A stretch of 63,162 nucleotides of DNA, counting the filler, from Octopus bimaculoides (taxonomy: Eukaryota): NCBI RefSeq assembly GCF_001194135.2. It is 5 parts of 5 records of this genome, joined end to end, with 100 filler letters (N's around TTAATTAATTAA, not from the genome) between each part and the next. Parts side by side here need not be neighbours in the genome. Positions count along the whole stretch, not along the records: positions 1 to 24,098 come from NC_068984.1; positions 24,199 to 49,316 come from NC_068991.1; 3 more parts are not named here. One strand, given 5' to 3'. The notes under the pieces were generated by a model. The model worked only from the letters and a program-made list of their open reading frames with translations, did no database searches and was not told the DNA's origin. Position 1 is the first letter of the stretch. Each line of letters starts with the position of its first letter. Made by a program: the position numbers and the translations under genes. Positions 12,825 through 24,978 of the stretch are shown one piece after another.

Positions 12825-13440
12825 AGTGCTGACTTAAACCGCTCAAGTTGTTCGCAGTAGATCTCCTTTGTTATCGTTTGGTTTGGGTTTAAAAGTTCAA
12901 AGTGGACTAAACCTTCCATATCCCACCAAAAAAATAACAACATATTTCGTGGGTAAAAACCTTATTTAGCCTGGGATGTCGCTGTTTCTCTTTTCCCTAC
13001 CCACTGTCTTTGGCGCAAGCCATTTTTATAGAGAACCCGTTTCTCGTCACCAGTCAGTATTCGGTCCCAAAAAGGTTCAGTAAAGAAAAACATACATTCA
13101 CTGTCTGCGCGCGAATAGACTCGGAAAGTTTTTGAGGAACCCATTGACCCAGTTTGCTGACTTTTCCGATGGCACGTAGGTGTCGATGAATGGTTGAATG
13201 TCCAAATCCATGCTTCTCTGCTAGTTCCTCAACAGTTACGATGGATTTTTGTCCCACCAGCATTTGAAGGACATCCTCGTCGAGCTCTACAGATCTTCCA
13301 GGACGAGGCTCGTCTTCTAGGCTGTAGTTTCCGGTTCGGAATCTCTGGAAACACCGCTGACACTGGCTTACGCTTATTGTCCGATCCCCATATACTGCAT
13401 TAATATTCCTTGCAATTTCCGTTGCGTTGTTGCCATCCCA
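12825..13440 (-). mobile_element. mariner transposase pseudogene, lineage 1 (N-terminal HTH to catalytic core; runs into gap)
   Basis: Fragments EELAEKHGFGHSTIHRHLRAIGKVSKLGQWVP, DRILTGDEKRVLY, FWWDMEGLVHFELLNPNQTITKEIYCEQL. Confidence 0.92.
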
Positions 13441-13445
13441 ATAAT

Positions 13446-13494
<49 letters not shown>

Positions 13495-13989
13495 AGATAT
13501 AATCTATAAGAGATATAATCTCAGGACGAATTCCACAGTTAATTTGGCTTTACGAGGTGTGTCTACTTTGAGTATGATACATAGATTGCTATTTTAACCT
13601 AATACTGCTTCTGTTGCGCATAACGAACTTGTTGCACTTTGCGAACTTTTTTTCATCCTGAAATCAATTTGAAGCCAATGTCTGTAGCAATTGGTGACCG
13701 TTTGATGTGATAAATCTGACCTTCAAACTCTTTTTCTGTTTTTAAAATTCTGTGTTAATTAACCCCTGTGTCAAAGAGACACTGTCAAAATGTCAGCTTT
13801 AATTGAAAAAAAACTTGCAGTCAATTTGTTTAAAAGAACAACTTTTACCTTTTAACTGAAGTAATAACAATGAAAGTTCTACCTTCTATTAATTCCATCC
13901 TCTGCCAGAAGCGCTCCACTCCCTCTCTTACCACCCCCTCTCTCTCTCATTCTTTTTGTTGGTGTTTATATATTTTAATGAATTTCGAC

Positions 13990-14105
13990 ATTCTTTCACA
14001 GAATAACAACAAGAATAACAGCAACAACGATAATAATAATAATAATAATAGGAAGAGGAGGAGGAGGAGAAAAAGAAGAAAAAGAAGAAGAAGAAGAAGA
14101 AGAAG

Positions 14106-14137
<32 letters not shown>

Positions 14138-14190
14138 GAAGAAGAAGATGATGATGATGATGATGATGATGATGAAAAAGAAGAAGAAGA
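13990..14190. repeat. Compound trinucleotide microsatellite (AAC/AAT/GAG/GAA/GAT)
   Basis: Direct reading. Confidence 0.95.
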
Positions 14191-14289
14191 TTGTGCTAAT
14201 TATTGTTGAGCTTTGGGGGACAGTATCAGAATGCACAGAGGACATGGGAGTGGAGTGCCCAGTAGTAAAACGTTTTGTCTCCTTGGCAC

Positions 14290-14720
14290 GGCCTGAGGTA
14301 TACCTGTTGTAGAATATGGTTCCAATATCATCAAGTGGAACCTAGATGACTTATAAAGAATGGATACAAAAACCAGAAAACTCCCAATTGCCAAGAAAAT
14401 GCACCAGCCAAAGACAGTTACAGACCGCATCAACTCGCCAAGGAGAGAAGGTGGAAGACGGCTGATCCAACTAGGACTCCCATATAAAATATCCACAATT
14501 GGTCAGCTGAAGTAGTTAAGCAAGACTAATTAATTATTGGATGGTGATATTAGGGAGAGAACATGAATCCGCGAAGATGCTCCAGTTTGTAAGCAAAGAT
14601 GGGAAATATAAGATCAGGAGTTACGCAACGCAGAAATAGAAAACAGTGACGAAGCTGATCTAAGCCAAAATGCTTAGGATGAAAGCAAAAAGCAGGTCTT
14701 AATAGCTTGGAAGACATGTC
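14290..14720 (+). mobile_element. Degraded R4/Dong-like (RLE-class) non-LTR retrotransposon fragment, post-RT region
   Basis: From 14300: IPVVEYGSNIIKWNLDDL*RMDTKTRKL..KMHQPK..DRINSPRREGGRRL, resembling the PVLxYxxxxIxW..LDxKTRK..HxPK..RLYLPRxxGGRGL block; in-frame stops. Confidence 0.7.
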
Positions 14721-14883
14721 CATTTCAATAATTAGATGTTAATGAGGAAGGCTGAGGATCTCTCATTCTAAATCCCCAAATTTGCACATTTTAAATCTAT
14801 TATTTTATTGCTGAAATTTTTCTGTTTTATCAAATCGTGTGTTTGTAGATTTGTTTGTTAACTGATTATTTCTGTTGTGTTTA

Positions 14884-15100
14884 TGGTAGCAGGTTAGCAA
14901 AATCATTAACATATCGAACAAAATACTTAGCGACATTTCTTCCGGCTATTTGCATTCTGAGTTCAAATTCCGCCGAGAGTGACTTTGCTTTTCATCTGAG
15001 GTCGAGACATAAAGCACCAGTGATGTACTGGAGTCGATGTTATTTACTAGCGTCTTCACCCTCTAAAATTGCTGGCCTGGTGCCAAAATTAGAAATGATT
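14884..15100 (+). mobile_element. SINE family A, old diverged copy (tail type 1)
   Basis: ctgagttcaaattccgccgag..gactttgcttttcat..ctaaaattgctggcctggtgccaaaattagaaa. Confidence 0.8.
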
Positions 15101-15163
15101 ATGTTGTGTTTAATCATCATACGGCACATATTTTTAATAATTTTTCTGTAAGACCGAATACTT

Positions 15164-15299
15164 CGTTATTAGCCTCGAGAGAACCTCTCATATAGGTGTT
15201 TTGGTGCATAAAAGCAAACATCGTTCGTAGCAGACGATCAATGTAAGTGCTTTTACGCACCAAGCGTCTGTATGAGAGACTCTTTCAAGGCTAATAACG
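15164..15299. repeat. 136-bp imperfect palindrome (~52-bp arms, 31-nt loop), likely a foldback/MITE-like repeat
   Basis: cgttattagcctcgagagaacctctcata..taaaagca pairs with tgcttttacgc..tatgagagactctttcaaggctaataacg; mismatches are mostly transitions. Confidence 0.8.
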
Positions 15300-15872
15300 C
15301 AGAATTCAGTATTTTTACAAGCCGTCCATGTTGAGCTGGATATAAAGATTACCTTTTGGTGTTAATACTGCTTCCGTTGTTAATAATTAATTTTCTGGGA
15401 GAGTTATCTCATCTTATCTGGACTATTTTATTTGCTTCGTTGCGTGAACTATTCACACTATATACGTTACTTAACCTTTCGATCAGCCATTTTGTATTGA
15501 AGATTTCTATCTTTTGTAATGATACATTGTGTTGTAAATTCCCAAGTGTAGAGAAAATTGTTGAACTTGGATTTATCGCGAGGTATTAAAATGTTATGAT
15601 TTGATATTTTCTTTCGTATATTGCATGCAGCATTCCTTTATCTACGGTCGTCTTTAACCGGAGGGTTTTCATAAAATTTACTTTAGCTTGCTTTATGTTG
15701 GCTCATAAACTGTTGTTATTTGTATCGTCAACTTCCGGTTCAGTCACAATAAAATGTCGTCGAATTTTAGTAACACCGGAGGTAAGATTTATTGCCACAC
15801 ATTTGCTTACACTGCAGGTTATGAGACGTCCAATACTAGCGTTAACAACAACATTATTATTATTATTGATTC

Positions 15873-15915
<43 letters not shown>

Positions 15916-16636
15916 NNNNNNNNNNGTTGTTATTATTGTTATTATTAGTAAACAGATCAATAACATTAATGTAATTGCCGCTATCAATACTATCGCCATC
16001 ATTATTAACTCCATCCCTGCTATATGTTCTCCTGTTTAGAGTAATACTAAATGAAGTACAACACTTCACAGCTTTGCGTGTTTTTACTGTCTGGAAGATT
16101 GAATATTTGTTATTTCGAGCCGGTTATTCTTTGTTCTGTGCAACTCTATCTGGAAGAAGCAGTCACCGCATTGAACACCGCTATGATTTGCAAACATAAA
16201 TAACAGCTTTGGAGTAGCATAGAACACTGAATAATGTTACACAGTTNNNNNNNNNNNNNNNNNNNNNNNNNNNNNNNNNNNNNNNNNNNNNNNNNNNNNN
16301 NNNNNNNNNNNNNNNNNNNNNNNNNNNNNNNNNNNNNNNNNNNNNNNNNNNNNNNNNNNNNNNNNNNNNNNNNNNNNNNNNNNNNNNNNNNNNNNNNNNN
16401 NNNNNNNNNNNNNNNNNNNNNNNNNNNNNNNNNNNNNNNNNNNNNNNNNNNNNNNNNNNNNNNNNNNNNNNNNNNNNNNNNNNNNNNNNNNNNNNNNNNN
16501 NNNNNNNNNNNNNNNNNNNNNNNNNNNNNNNNNNNNNNGGGGATTTTTACATATCTTCATGTCGGAGCAATTGTAAACTTGTAAGAATGTCCGGCAACAG
16601 GCGAGTTTCTTTTTTCTTAAGTTTATTATCATTTTA

Positions 16637-16674
<38 letters not shown>

Positions 16675-16720
16675 ACGTGCTGTTTGTTACCGTTCCATTA
16701 TCACATCTGATACATTGTAG

Positions 16721-16750
16721 CGAACCTCCCCAAACCGATACGTGCTACAG
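16721..16750 (+). CDS. Candidate 30-nt exon (phase 2->2), S-EPPQTDTCY-S, of the M12B-like gene
   Basis: Acceptor tacattgtag| and consensus donor CAG|gtgagt; phase-compatible with exons 8753 and 18712. Confidence 0.55.
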
Positions 16751-16829
16751 GTGAGTACCCATTGTTGTCTCTTCAGATGCACAATGGAAAATACACGCTG
16801 CACTTGCCTCTCTCTCTCTCTCTCTCTCT

Positions 16830-16877
<48 letters not shown>

Positions 16878-17649
16878 GTCTCTCCCTCGCTCTCTCTCCA
16901 CCTCTCTCTCTCTCAGTCCAAAATCAGAAACTCATAAAGAAATTAGAAATCTCTACCGTCAAGTCACCGTGTCTATTTCTATCCCAACCAAAACACTACA
17001 CTTAACCACATTAATTACTCAAAAATATTGAGAAATGTATGAAAATCACAACAACGTCATTTTGTCATTTCCTATAATGTTATGGTTTCGAATTCGAGCA
17101 GACTCTACTGACCTCTCGCACTCCTCATGATGTGTGACAAACAGGCTTCTGTCTTCCACTGGTTTATCTCATTGCAGAGCGGGTACCTTATGGTTATGTA
17201 TGCATGTAATACGGGTGGTATGGTCAGGTTGACTATGGTAGGGGTGTCGCTGTTGTGAAAGAATAATGTCGTCTGTATTAGTCATAAAAGAAGGGGAATC
17301 CTCATACACGAGTTATTGCCGGTCAAGTACACTTACGGTTAAAGGCGTTCCGCCCTTTTTTGGGGGGTAGTTTTTCAGACGTATCCTTATTTTTACTTCG
17401 TTAGAATGCGATTTGAGTGAGATTTAGTTACCATTTCTGGCAGATCAACGGGAATAAGTTGTGGTTCTTGATGATCTCCCAAGAACTCCACCCCCACACC
17501 TAATGAGACAGGTTTATCACGTGACATCCTCGTCAACTTAGGATGTGAGGGAATCTGGACCAGCTTTTCTTGATTTATGAGTTACTGGTTTTTGTGTTTC
17601 TCGCTTCCTTTTCTCTTCTCTCTCTCCCTCTTTTCTCTCTCCCTCTTCT

Positions 17650-17696
<47 letters not shown>

Positions 17697-17711
17697 NNNN
17701 NNNNNNCTTCT

Positions 17712-17751
<40 letters not shown>

Positions 17752-18711
17752 TCTCTCTCTAATTTCCTCAGTACAACTCCCTTTCTATCTTTGTTTCCGT
17801 CGGTCTTTCCTATTTTATTTCTTTCTCTTTTTATCGATCGCCTTCTCTCTCTCTCTCTCTCTCTCTCTCCCACTCATCTTCTCTATCTAACTCACTACCT
17901 CTCTCTTTAACTTCTATCCATAATCATGCTTGACTATCCCCTAATTTCATTTCAACAACCCAGTTATTTTTAACTTGTATTTAATATTCCTGCCTTTCTT
18001 TCTGATTTTCTCTCTCATCCTCTCACTCTTTCTCTCCCTTGTTCTTCTTTCCTTTGCTCTCTCTCTCTCTCTCCCCCCTTTTCTCTCTTTATCATGCTTT
18101 TTGTCTTTCCTTCACTCTCTCTCTCTCTCCCGTCTCTCTCTCCCTCCCGTCTCTCTCTCTCGCTCGCTCTCTCTCCCGTCTCTCTCTTTTATGTTGCTCT
18201 TTGTCTTTACTTTGCTCTCTCTCTCTCTCTCTCTCTCTCCCTCGCTCTTTGTTTAAATCACTACTTCTTTACCTCACCTCCCATCCTTCACGGTGCAGTA
18301 GTTTCTCCTAATGATCACGTCCAGCGTTTCCTACTTCTATAGCTTTATTCTCATTTCCAATTCCTAATTTGACCGTAGTTAGTCCTTTTTACATCTAATT
18401 GTAGTTATATTCTCATAAATTTTCTTAAATCGGGAAGTGGTTCTTCTGTCTTTAGAGCTTCCTTACAGTTTCTTCGTCCTGTTGCTGATCAGATGAAATT
18501 CGGAGCTAACTAACCCCTTCTCGATATAGTTCATTTCCGCCAAACACAGTTTTCTTAGTTCTCTTCATTCTCTTTTATTTTCACAATAGATTTAATTAAT
18601 AAAATTTAGATATGCATGAATTAAAATTTCACATAAAACCTGATCATTAAATGTCCTCTCTCTTTCTCTTTTATATCCACGCATTCTCTTTTTCTTTGAC
18701 TTCATACATAG

Positions 18712-18736
18712 CCTTACTTGTTCTGACCCAGTAGAG
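18712..18736 (+). CDS. Candidate 25-nt microexon (phase 2->0), LTCSDPVE
   Basis: Long pyrimidine tract ..ttctctttttctttgacttcatacatag| and donor GAG|gtaaga. Only the phase-2 frame is open; joined, it gives DTCYSLTCSDP (CxxLxCxxP, as in ADAMTS-type Cys-rich modules). Confidence 0.5.
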
Positions 18737-20307
18737 GTAAGACATTATTATTGTTCACTGAATTTTTTTCCTATCATGTCTGTAGTAGATTTGTGACTAT
18801 TCGGTGGTACAGAAATATTTTTGACTTCTATCTTTAGCGATATAGGTGCTCATGTAGTGCCCTTGTGTATATATGCACATATCTAATAGTGTATGTATAT
18901 AGTTTATTAATTTGCCTGTACGGCTGATAATTCGCTTGCCACTCGTGGCAGTATTTTAATAATACCATCCCTATTTACACATATACATACATAATACATA
19001 CATAATACATACATACAGATATATATATANNNNNNNNNNNNNNNNNNNNNNNNNNNNNNNNNNNNNNNNNNNNNNNNNNNNNNNNNNNNNNNNNNNNNNN
19101 NNNNNNNNNNNNNNNNNNNNNNNNNNNNNNNNNNNNNNNNNNNNNATATATATACACACATACATACATACATACATAAATATGTATATATTATATATAT
19201 ATGTGTGTGTGTATGAGTTTATCATTGAAAAATAGAAAACAAGCAATATAACTGATATTTCAAACATGAATTCCCTGCTGCTGCTTCAATAATCCTTACA
19301 TACCATCATAATCAAGTTATCAGTTATGCAGCATAATTATACAGGAGGTAAGAATTACATACGTTATAGCCACTTCGATGTCGTATGCAACATTCTACAC
19401 TGAAATAGAATTTTCGGAGTTTTTTATGTGATGTTACAGATGGAGTTCTAAATTTTGTCCTTATTCCTAGTGCACATGCACCAAATTGGAAAATCGTACA
19501 AAGGCATGCGCGCGCACACACACATGGAATTATATGAAATGCTATTAAGTGAAAGCAAGTACTCAATACAGGAAAGTGGAACAGTATGCTTTGAAATTCA
19601 AGTCTGCTCGTGAGCCCATTTGACATTAGTCTTTACCGATTCTCAGGCAAGTTCTGAGCTCAATTTGTTCCAAGTCCGGTTTTACCTTTACTAATTAATA
19701 CTTAATCGACTGACTGTAAACCAGAACCTAATGTTCTTGCACTGAAAGAATCCGGTATATGAAATCAGCAAAAGTGTAAAAGACTAAGAACTTACTTCAT
19801 CTTGTGTGTACTCGTCCTCTGTGCCATAGTTCTAATCTTGCCAAAGTAGATGTTGTGTTTGAAACCAAAAGAGTCAGCAATAAGCATCAGTAATATACAA
19901 ACGGGCCTATCCAAAGCAAACACATCTTTGAAATCGATTATCTACGAGTCAAAAGAATTAAATATATTACATATTCTTCTGTTATCGTCCATTCATTCAA
20001 GAAGTAGAACCGGTCATTTTCAATAATAATAGAATTCCTTCATCATCATATACGAACTTTAATTTTTCATCATTTTGAATACTTCATGTACACTCTGTCT
20101 AAATCACTCACTTTTGACCTTTAACAGGTATATCAACTCATCATAATCTTATCGATTTTTCGTGATATTTCACGAATATAATCCGTTTTAATCTTTTATT
20201 TGCGGCAACTTTTCTTTGCATTTATTTTAATCAAGAAAAATTCTTAATCCATATTGGTTGAAATTCACCGACGAATTTTGACTGTTATGAATTACTACAT
20301 ATACTGC

Positions 20308-20338
<31 letters not shown>

Positions 20339-20342
20339 CCGG

Positions 20343-20386
<44 letters not shown>

Positions 20387-20408
20387 CGTGTATGTGCGTA
20401 AGTATGTG

Positions 20409-20441
<33 letters not shown>

Positions 20442-20745
20442 ATGTATACATAAGTGTGAGTGTGTGTGTGTGTATGATTCAGAGTGTTTTGTGTTGTCTT
20501 TGTTTAACAAGCGATTTGTTCTAAGACTTCATCTTGAAACTGAAGCAACTGCAGCATAGAATAAAACAAAACAATAAAATTCGTTTTAAAATTTAGATTT
20601 ATTTCATGATAAATTAAAATTTAAATTCAAGATGAATCGAACTGATTTATGTATTATTAAACGGTTCTCTTATAATGTAGCTGCTACCGTTTTTTTACTT
20701 TCCATTTTCATTTTTCTTTCAAATTTTTTTTCGTAATTTCGTAAG

Positions 20746-20865
20746 AGTTTCTCGAAGTTTGTTCTGGACTGTAAAGATCCCAAATCCATCATTACTATCT
20801 CAAGACCTCCCCGATATTCTCAAGAGAAAGTGATACTGACGTTTGTTGCTGTCCCTTTAATGTAG
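20746..20865 (+). CDS. Possible terminal exon (phase 0): SFSKFVLDCKDPKSIITISRPPRYSQEKVILTFVAVPLM*
   Basis: T-rich acceptor ..ttttttcgtaatttcgtaag|, 39 open codons then TAG; AATAAA at 20891-20896 followed by a U/GU-rich tract. No homology support. Confidence 0.3.
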   Translation, partial: SFSKFVLDCKDPKSIITISRPPRYSQEKVILTFVAVPLM

Positions 20866-21339
20866 CAGGGTTAATGTGGTTGATGTGGGCAATAAACGTG
20901 AGAATTTGTGTTTCTGATTATTAGCTTTACACGTCATCAGTCACGTGCTTATGTTTTGTTTGTAACCATTCCATGTTATCTGTTAATTTATTTTAGCATT
21001 GTACAGTGTTACGAGTATTGTTTCTAGCATTAATCATCCATTTTGTTAGGAATATTGTCCACTCATGTGTTATCTAGTTTCGTTTTGTGCTGTGGGTTGA
21101 AGCTCATTGCAAACGCTGTTTGTTAGAAGTCCATAGGGAGCCGACGGCACAATGTCGCATTTGTATGACCAATACCGCAATTTGAATCGTGACGTTTATA
21201 GATTTCTCCACCAGGAGACAACTTCTCCTAGACAACTCCCTCATCAACACCTGGACATTACTGCCTCGAGTCCTAGGCCTCATAGAACCACTTACCCATG
21301 ACGCATAAATGACAAAGATCACAATATTCCTCCTGAAAG

Positions 21340-21506
21340 GGAGGCCAATCCGTTATAGGTTTACTCATTTACAGCTAAGTGGACTGGAGCAACGTGAAAT
21401 AAAGTGTTTTGCTGAAGAACACAACACACCGCTCGGTCCGGGAATCGAAACTACAAGCTTACGATCTTGAGTGCAACACTATAACGATTAGGCCACGCGC
21501 TTTCAC
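21340..21506 (-). mobile_element. SINE family E head
   Basis: ctaagtggactggagcaacgtgaaataaagtgttttgctgaagaacacaac..ggaatcgaaactac..taggccacgcgctttcac. Confidence 0.8.
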
Positions 21507-22015
21507 AACATCCATACATCCGGAAATCCAAGACTTAATGATTTGATAAACACATCAGAGTAGTTGTCGACTGAATCCCGCATTTCTGAAACGGATGGTT
21601 TCCCTTCGCTGCAGCAGCCCAGTTAGTAACAACAATATCCGTCGTCTGTTAGGCGTTCGATAACCTGATCGTCCTTAACCAATGAGAATTCGCTCAGTCA
21701 GTGCTTCGCTGCTAAGATACCGCTTTGTTCACCATGTTGTCGGGTGCGCGTGTACGAGTGTATGTGAATGAGATTCTGAGTAGCAACAGTGTGGATCATC
21801 AATTGATTCCTTTCACACACATATACCCCCAGACACACACACATACAAACACTCATAAACACGCGCGCCCGCGAATTGTGTATGCGTACATATATACGTA
21901 TATGCATAAATACGTCTCTCACCCACTCACTTTTTCTCTACATACATACATACATACATGCATGTATACACATACATACAGATATACATATATATATATA
22001 TATATATGATATACA

Positions 22016-22185
22016 TGGAGCAGCTGTGTGGTAAGAAGCTTGCTTCCCAACCACATGGTTCCGGATTCAATCCCATTGCGTGGCACCTTGGGCAAGTGTC
22101 TTTTACTATAACCTCAGGCCAACCAAAGCCTTGTGAGTGGATTTGGTAGATGGAAACTGGAAGAAGCCCGTCGTATATATATATA
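22016..22185 (+). mobile_element. SINE family B, 5' half (tRNA head + CCTTGGGCAAGT CORE-like motif), ending in (TA)n
   Basis: gctgtgtggtaagaagcttgcttcccaaccacatgg..ggcaccttgggcaagtgtctt..gaagaagcccgtcgtatat. Confidence 0.9.
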
Positions 22186-23428
22186 ATTTGGTATAGAATA
22201 ATAATTTCAGATACTTGTCTTAAACATTCAGACAAGCAAATTTATAATTCAGATGTGTGGCATGAGATATTATTCCATTCAAATAACCAGATATTTATAT
22301 TAAGGCATAGATGATAAAAATATAGAGTTATAAGAATATAAACATAAAAGATAAAATAAAACATAAAAATATATAAGGAGTACCATGAAAGTAGAAAATA
22401 TAATTAGACTAGATTAAAGGAGGCAACTGAAATTTTTATCTTTATACCAAATTAAAACTGTTGTACTATATACTGGAGCCTTATCTCTATTAAAATGCTA
22501 GTATTCTATATATATATATATATATNNNNNNNNNNNNNNNNNNNNNNNNNNNNNNNNNNNNNNNNNNNNNNNNNNNNNNNNNNNNNNNNNNNNNNNNNNN
22601 NNNNNNNNNNNNNNNNNNNNNNNNNNNNNNNNNNNNNNNNNNNNNNNNNNNNNNNNNNNNNNNNNNNNNNNNNNNNNNNNNNNNNNNNNNNNNNNNNNNN
22701 NNNNNNNNNNNNNNNNNNNNNNNNNNNNNNNNNNNNNNNNNNNNNNNNNNNNNNNNNNNNNNNNNNNNNNNNNNNNNNNNNNNNNNNNNNNNNNNNNNNN
22801 NNNNNNNNNNNNNNNNNNNNNNNNNNNNNNNNNNNNNNNNNNNNNNNNNNNNNNNNNNNNNNNNNNNNNNNNNNNNNNNNNNNNNNNNNNNNNNNNNNNN
22901 NNNNNNNNNNNNNNNNNNNNNNNNNNNNNNNNNNNNNNNNNNNNNNNNNNNNNNNNNNNNNNNNNNNNNNNNNNNNNNNNNNNNNNNNNNNNNNNNNNNN
23001 NNNNNNNNNNNNNNNNNNNNNNNNNNNNNNNNNNNNNNNNNNNNNNNNNNNNNNNNNNNNNNNNNNNNNNNNNNNNNNNNNNNNNNNNNNNNNNNNNNNN
23101 NNNNNNNNNNNNNNNNNNNNNNNNNNNNNNNNNNNNNNNNNNNNNNNNNNNNNNNNNNNNNNNNNNNNNNNNNNNNNNNNNNNNNNNNNNNNNNNNNNNN
23201 NNNNNNNNNNNNNNNNNNNNNNNNNNNNNNNNNNNNNNNNNNNNNNNNNNNNNNNNNNNNNNNNNNNNNNNNNNNNNNNNNNNNNNNNNNNNNNNNNNNN
23301 NNNNNNNNNNNNNNNNNNNNNNNNNNNNNNNNNNNNNNNNNNNNNNNNNNNNNNNNNNNNNNNNNNNNNNNNNNNNNNNNNNNNNNNNNNNNNNNNNNNN
23401 NNNNNNNNNNNNNNNNNNNNNNNNNNNN

Positions 23429-23566
23429 CCGTAAATTAGCGGTTCGGCAAAAGAGACCGATAAAATAAGTACTAGACTTACAAAGAATAAGTCCTGGCGT
23501 CGATTTGTTCGGCTAAAGGCGGTGCTCCAGCATGGCTGCAGTCAAATGGCTGAAAGAAATAAAAGA

Positions 23567-23570
<4 letters not shown>
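23429..23570 (+). mobile_element. SINE family B, 3' half (after gap)
   Basis: gcggttcggcaaaagagaccga..aaggcggtgctccagcatggctgcagtcaaatgg. Confidence 0.9.
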
Positions 23571-23599
<29 letters not shown>

Positions 23600-23666
23600 T
23601 GTGTACGTATGTATGTATGTATGTATGTATGTATATATATATATGTGTATATGTATATACACACAC

Positions 23667-23725
<59 letters not shown>

Positions 23726-24062
23726 TGATATGATATATCAATTGGCTTGAAAGCACACCAAGCTGGCCAATGCCAAAGAAAGCCATACTGGTGTATATGT
23801 CCGTTATATATTCTTCTTTCTCTACCTTTCTGTTCGTATCTGCTCAACGTTGATTTTGTCTGCCATCTGTACCAGAAATATATTGTTATAATATCCCGGT
23901 TATACTCTCACTATATATTTTTACTGTATGAATCTTTGATGGAGTGGAGGATTAGGAAACACAGCTGCCCCACGTTGTATAGTTTAAATACGAATTTAAT
24001 TGAAACACGTGTAAGATGACAAAATAAATAATTTATGAACCGACTTTTCATGTCAGTATTTC

Positions 24063-24098
<36 letters not shown>

Positions 24099-24198
24099 NN
24101 NNNNNNNNNNNNNNNNNNNNNNNNNNNNNNNNNNNNNNNNNNTTAATTAATTAANNNNNNNNNNNNNNNNNNNNNNNNNNNNNNNNNNNNNNNNNNNN
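24099..24198. other. Artificial 100-bp assembly linker N44-TTAATTAATTAA-N44 (also centred at 49361, 54265 and 58393)
   Basis: Identical 12-mer with stops in all six frames, embedded in N runs four times. Confidence 0.95.
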
Positions 24199-24269
24199 TC
24201 ATCATCATCACCATCATCATCATCATCACCACCACCATCATCATCATCATCATCATCATCACCACCACC

Positions 24270-24315
<46 letters not shown>

Positions 24316-24356
24316 CCACCACCATCATCATCATCATCACCACCATCATCATCATC

Positions 24357-24388
<32 letters not shown>

Positions 24389-24450
24389 CATCATCACCAC
24401 CACCACCATCACCATCTTCATCACTATCTTCATCATCAGCGTCATGATGA
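24199..24450. repeat. (CAT/CAC)n microsatellite
   Basis: Direct reading. Confidence 0.95.
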
Positions 24451-24454
24451 AAGG

Positions 24455-24978
24455 ACTCATCCTGGAAAATCCTGTAAACCCTGTTGGAACAAAATCCCAT
24501 TGCAATTGTTGAGGGACTAGCCGAGAAGCTTGGATTTGGTCATTCAACCATTTATAGACACCTGCGTGCCATCAGAAAATGACTATCTTTGCATTGAAGA
24601 CAATAGGCGTTCTTCCATCCGGGTACTGCAGAGAGGATGTCATTCCAAAGGCTGCAGGAGTTTGAATGGAAAACGATGCCCCACCCACCATATTCGCCGG
24701 ACATTGCCCCATCTGATTATCATTTATTCTGCAGTCTTCAAAATCATTTGAACAGAAAGAATATGAATTCTCTAGATGAGGTGAGAACAGTAGTGGAGGA
24801 GTAATTTTCGTCACGGACAAGTGAATTTTGGAAGAGGGGACTTGCAAGTCTACCAGATAGATGGAATAGCATTGTAGAAAATGAAGGAGAGTATATTTTA
24901 GATTAAAAGAGAACTTTATCTTAATTTTGAAAAATAATAGATTAAGAAAAACGCATTATTTATGGGATAACCAGATAT
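24455..24978 (+). mobile_element. Internally deleted mariner, lineage 1, with C-terminal D,D34D region and 3' end
   Basis: Shares ctagc.gagaagc.tggatttgg.cattcaaccatt..cgtgccatc with the 12825 copy. Encodes HPPYSPDIAPSDYHLF..LPDRWNSIVENEGEYILD*; ends ttatttatgggataaccagata|TA. Confidence 0.9.

Noticed and set aside
15212-15290. Frame reading SFVADDQCKCFYAPSVC, reminiscent of the ADAMTS DEQC motif
   Set aside because: Preceded by an in-frame TAA with no credible acceptor and lies within a palindromic repeat; treated as coincidence unless RNA-seq shows otherwise.
15687-15781. Strong donor GAG|gtaaga at 15781 with candidate exon
   Set aside because: No acceptor/frame combination keeps phase with the flanking M12B exons.
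21137-21301. Open frame GADGTMSHLYDQYRNL...TYP* as a possible terminal exon
   Set aside because: In phase with the 18712 exon but the acceptor has no pyrimidine tract and no motif support.
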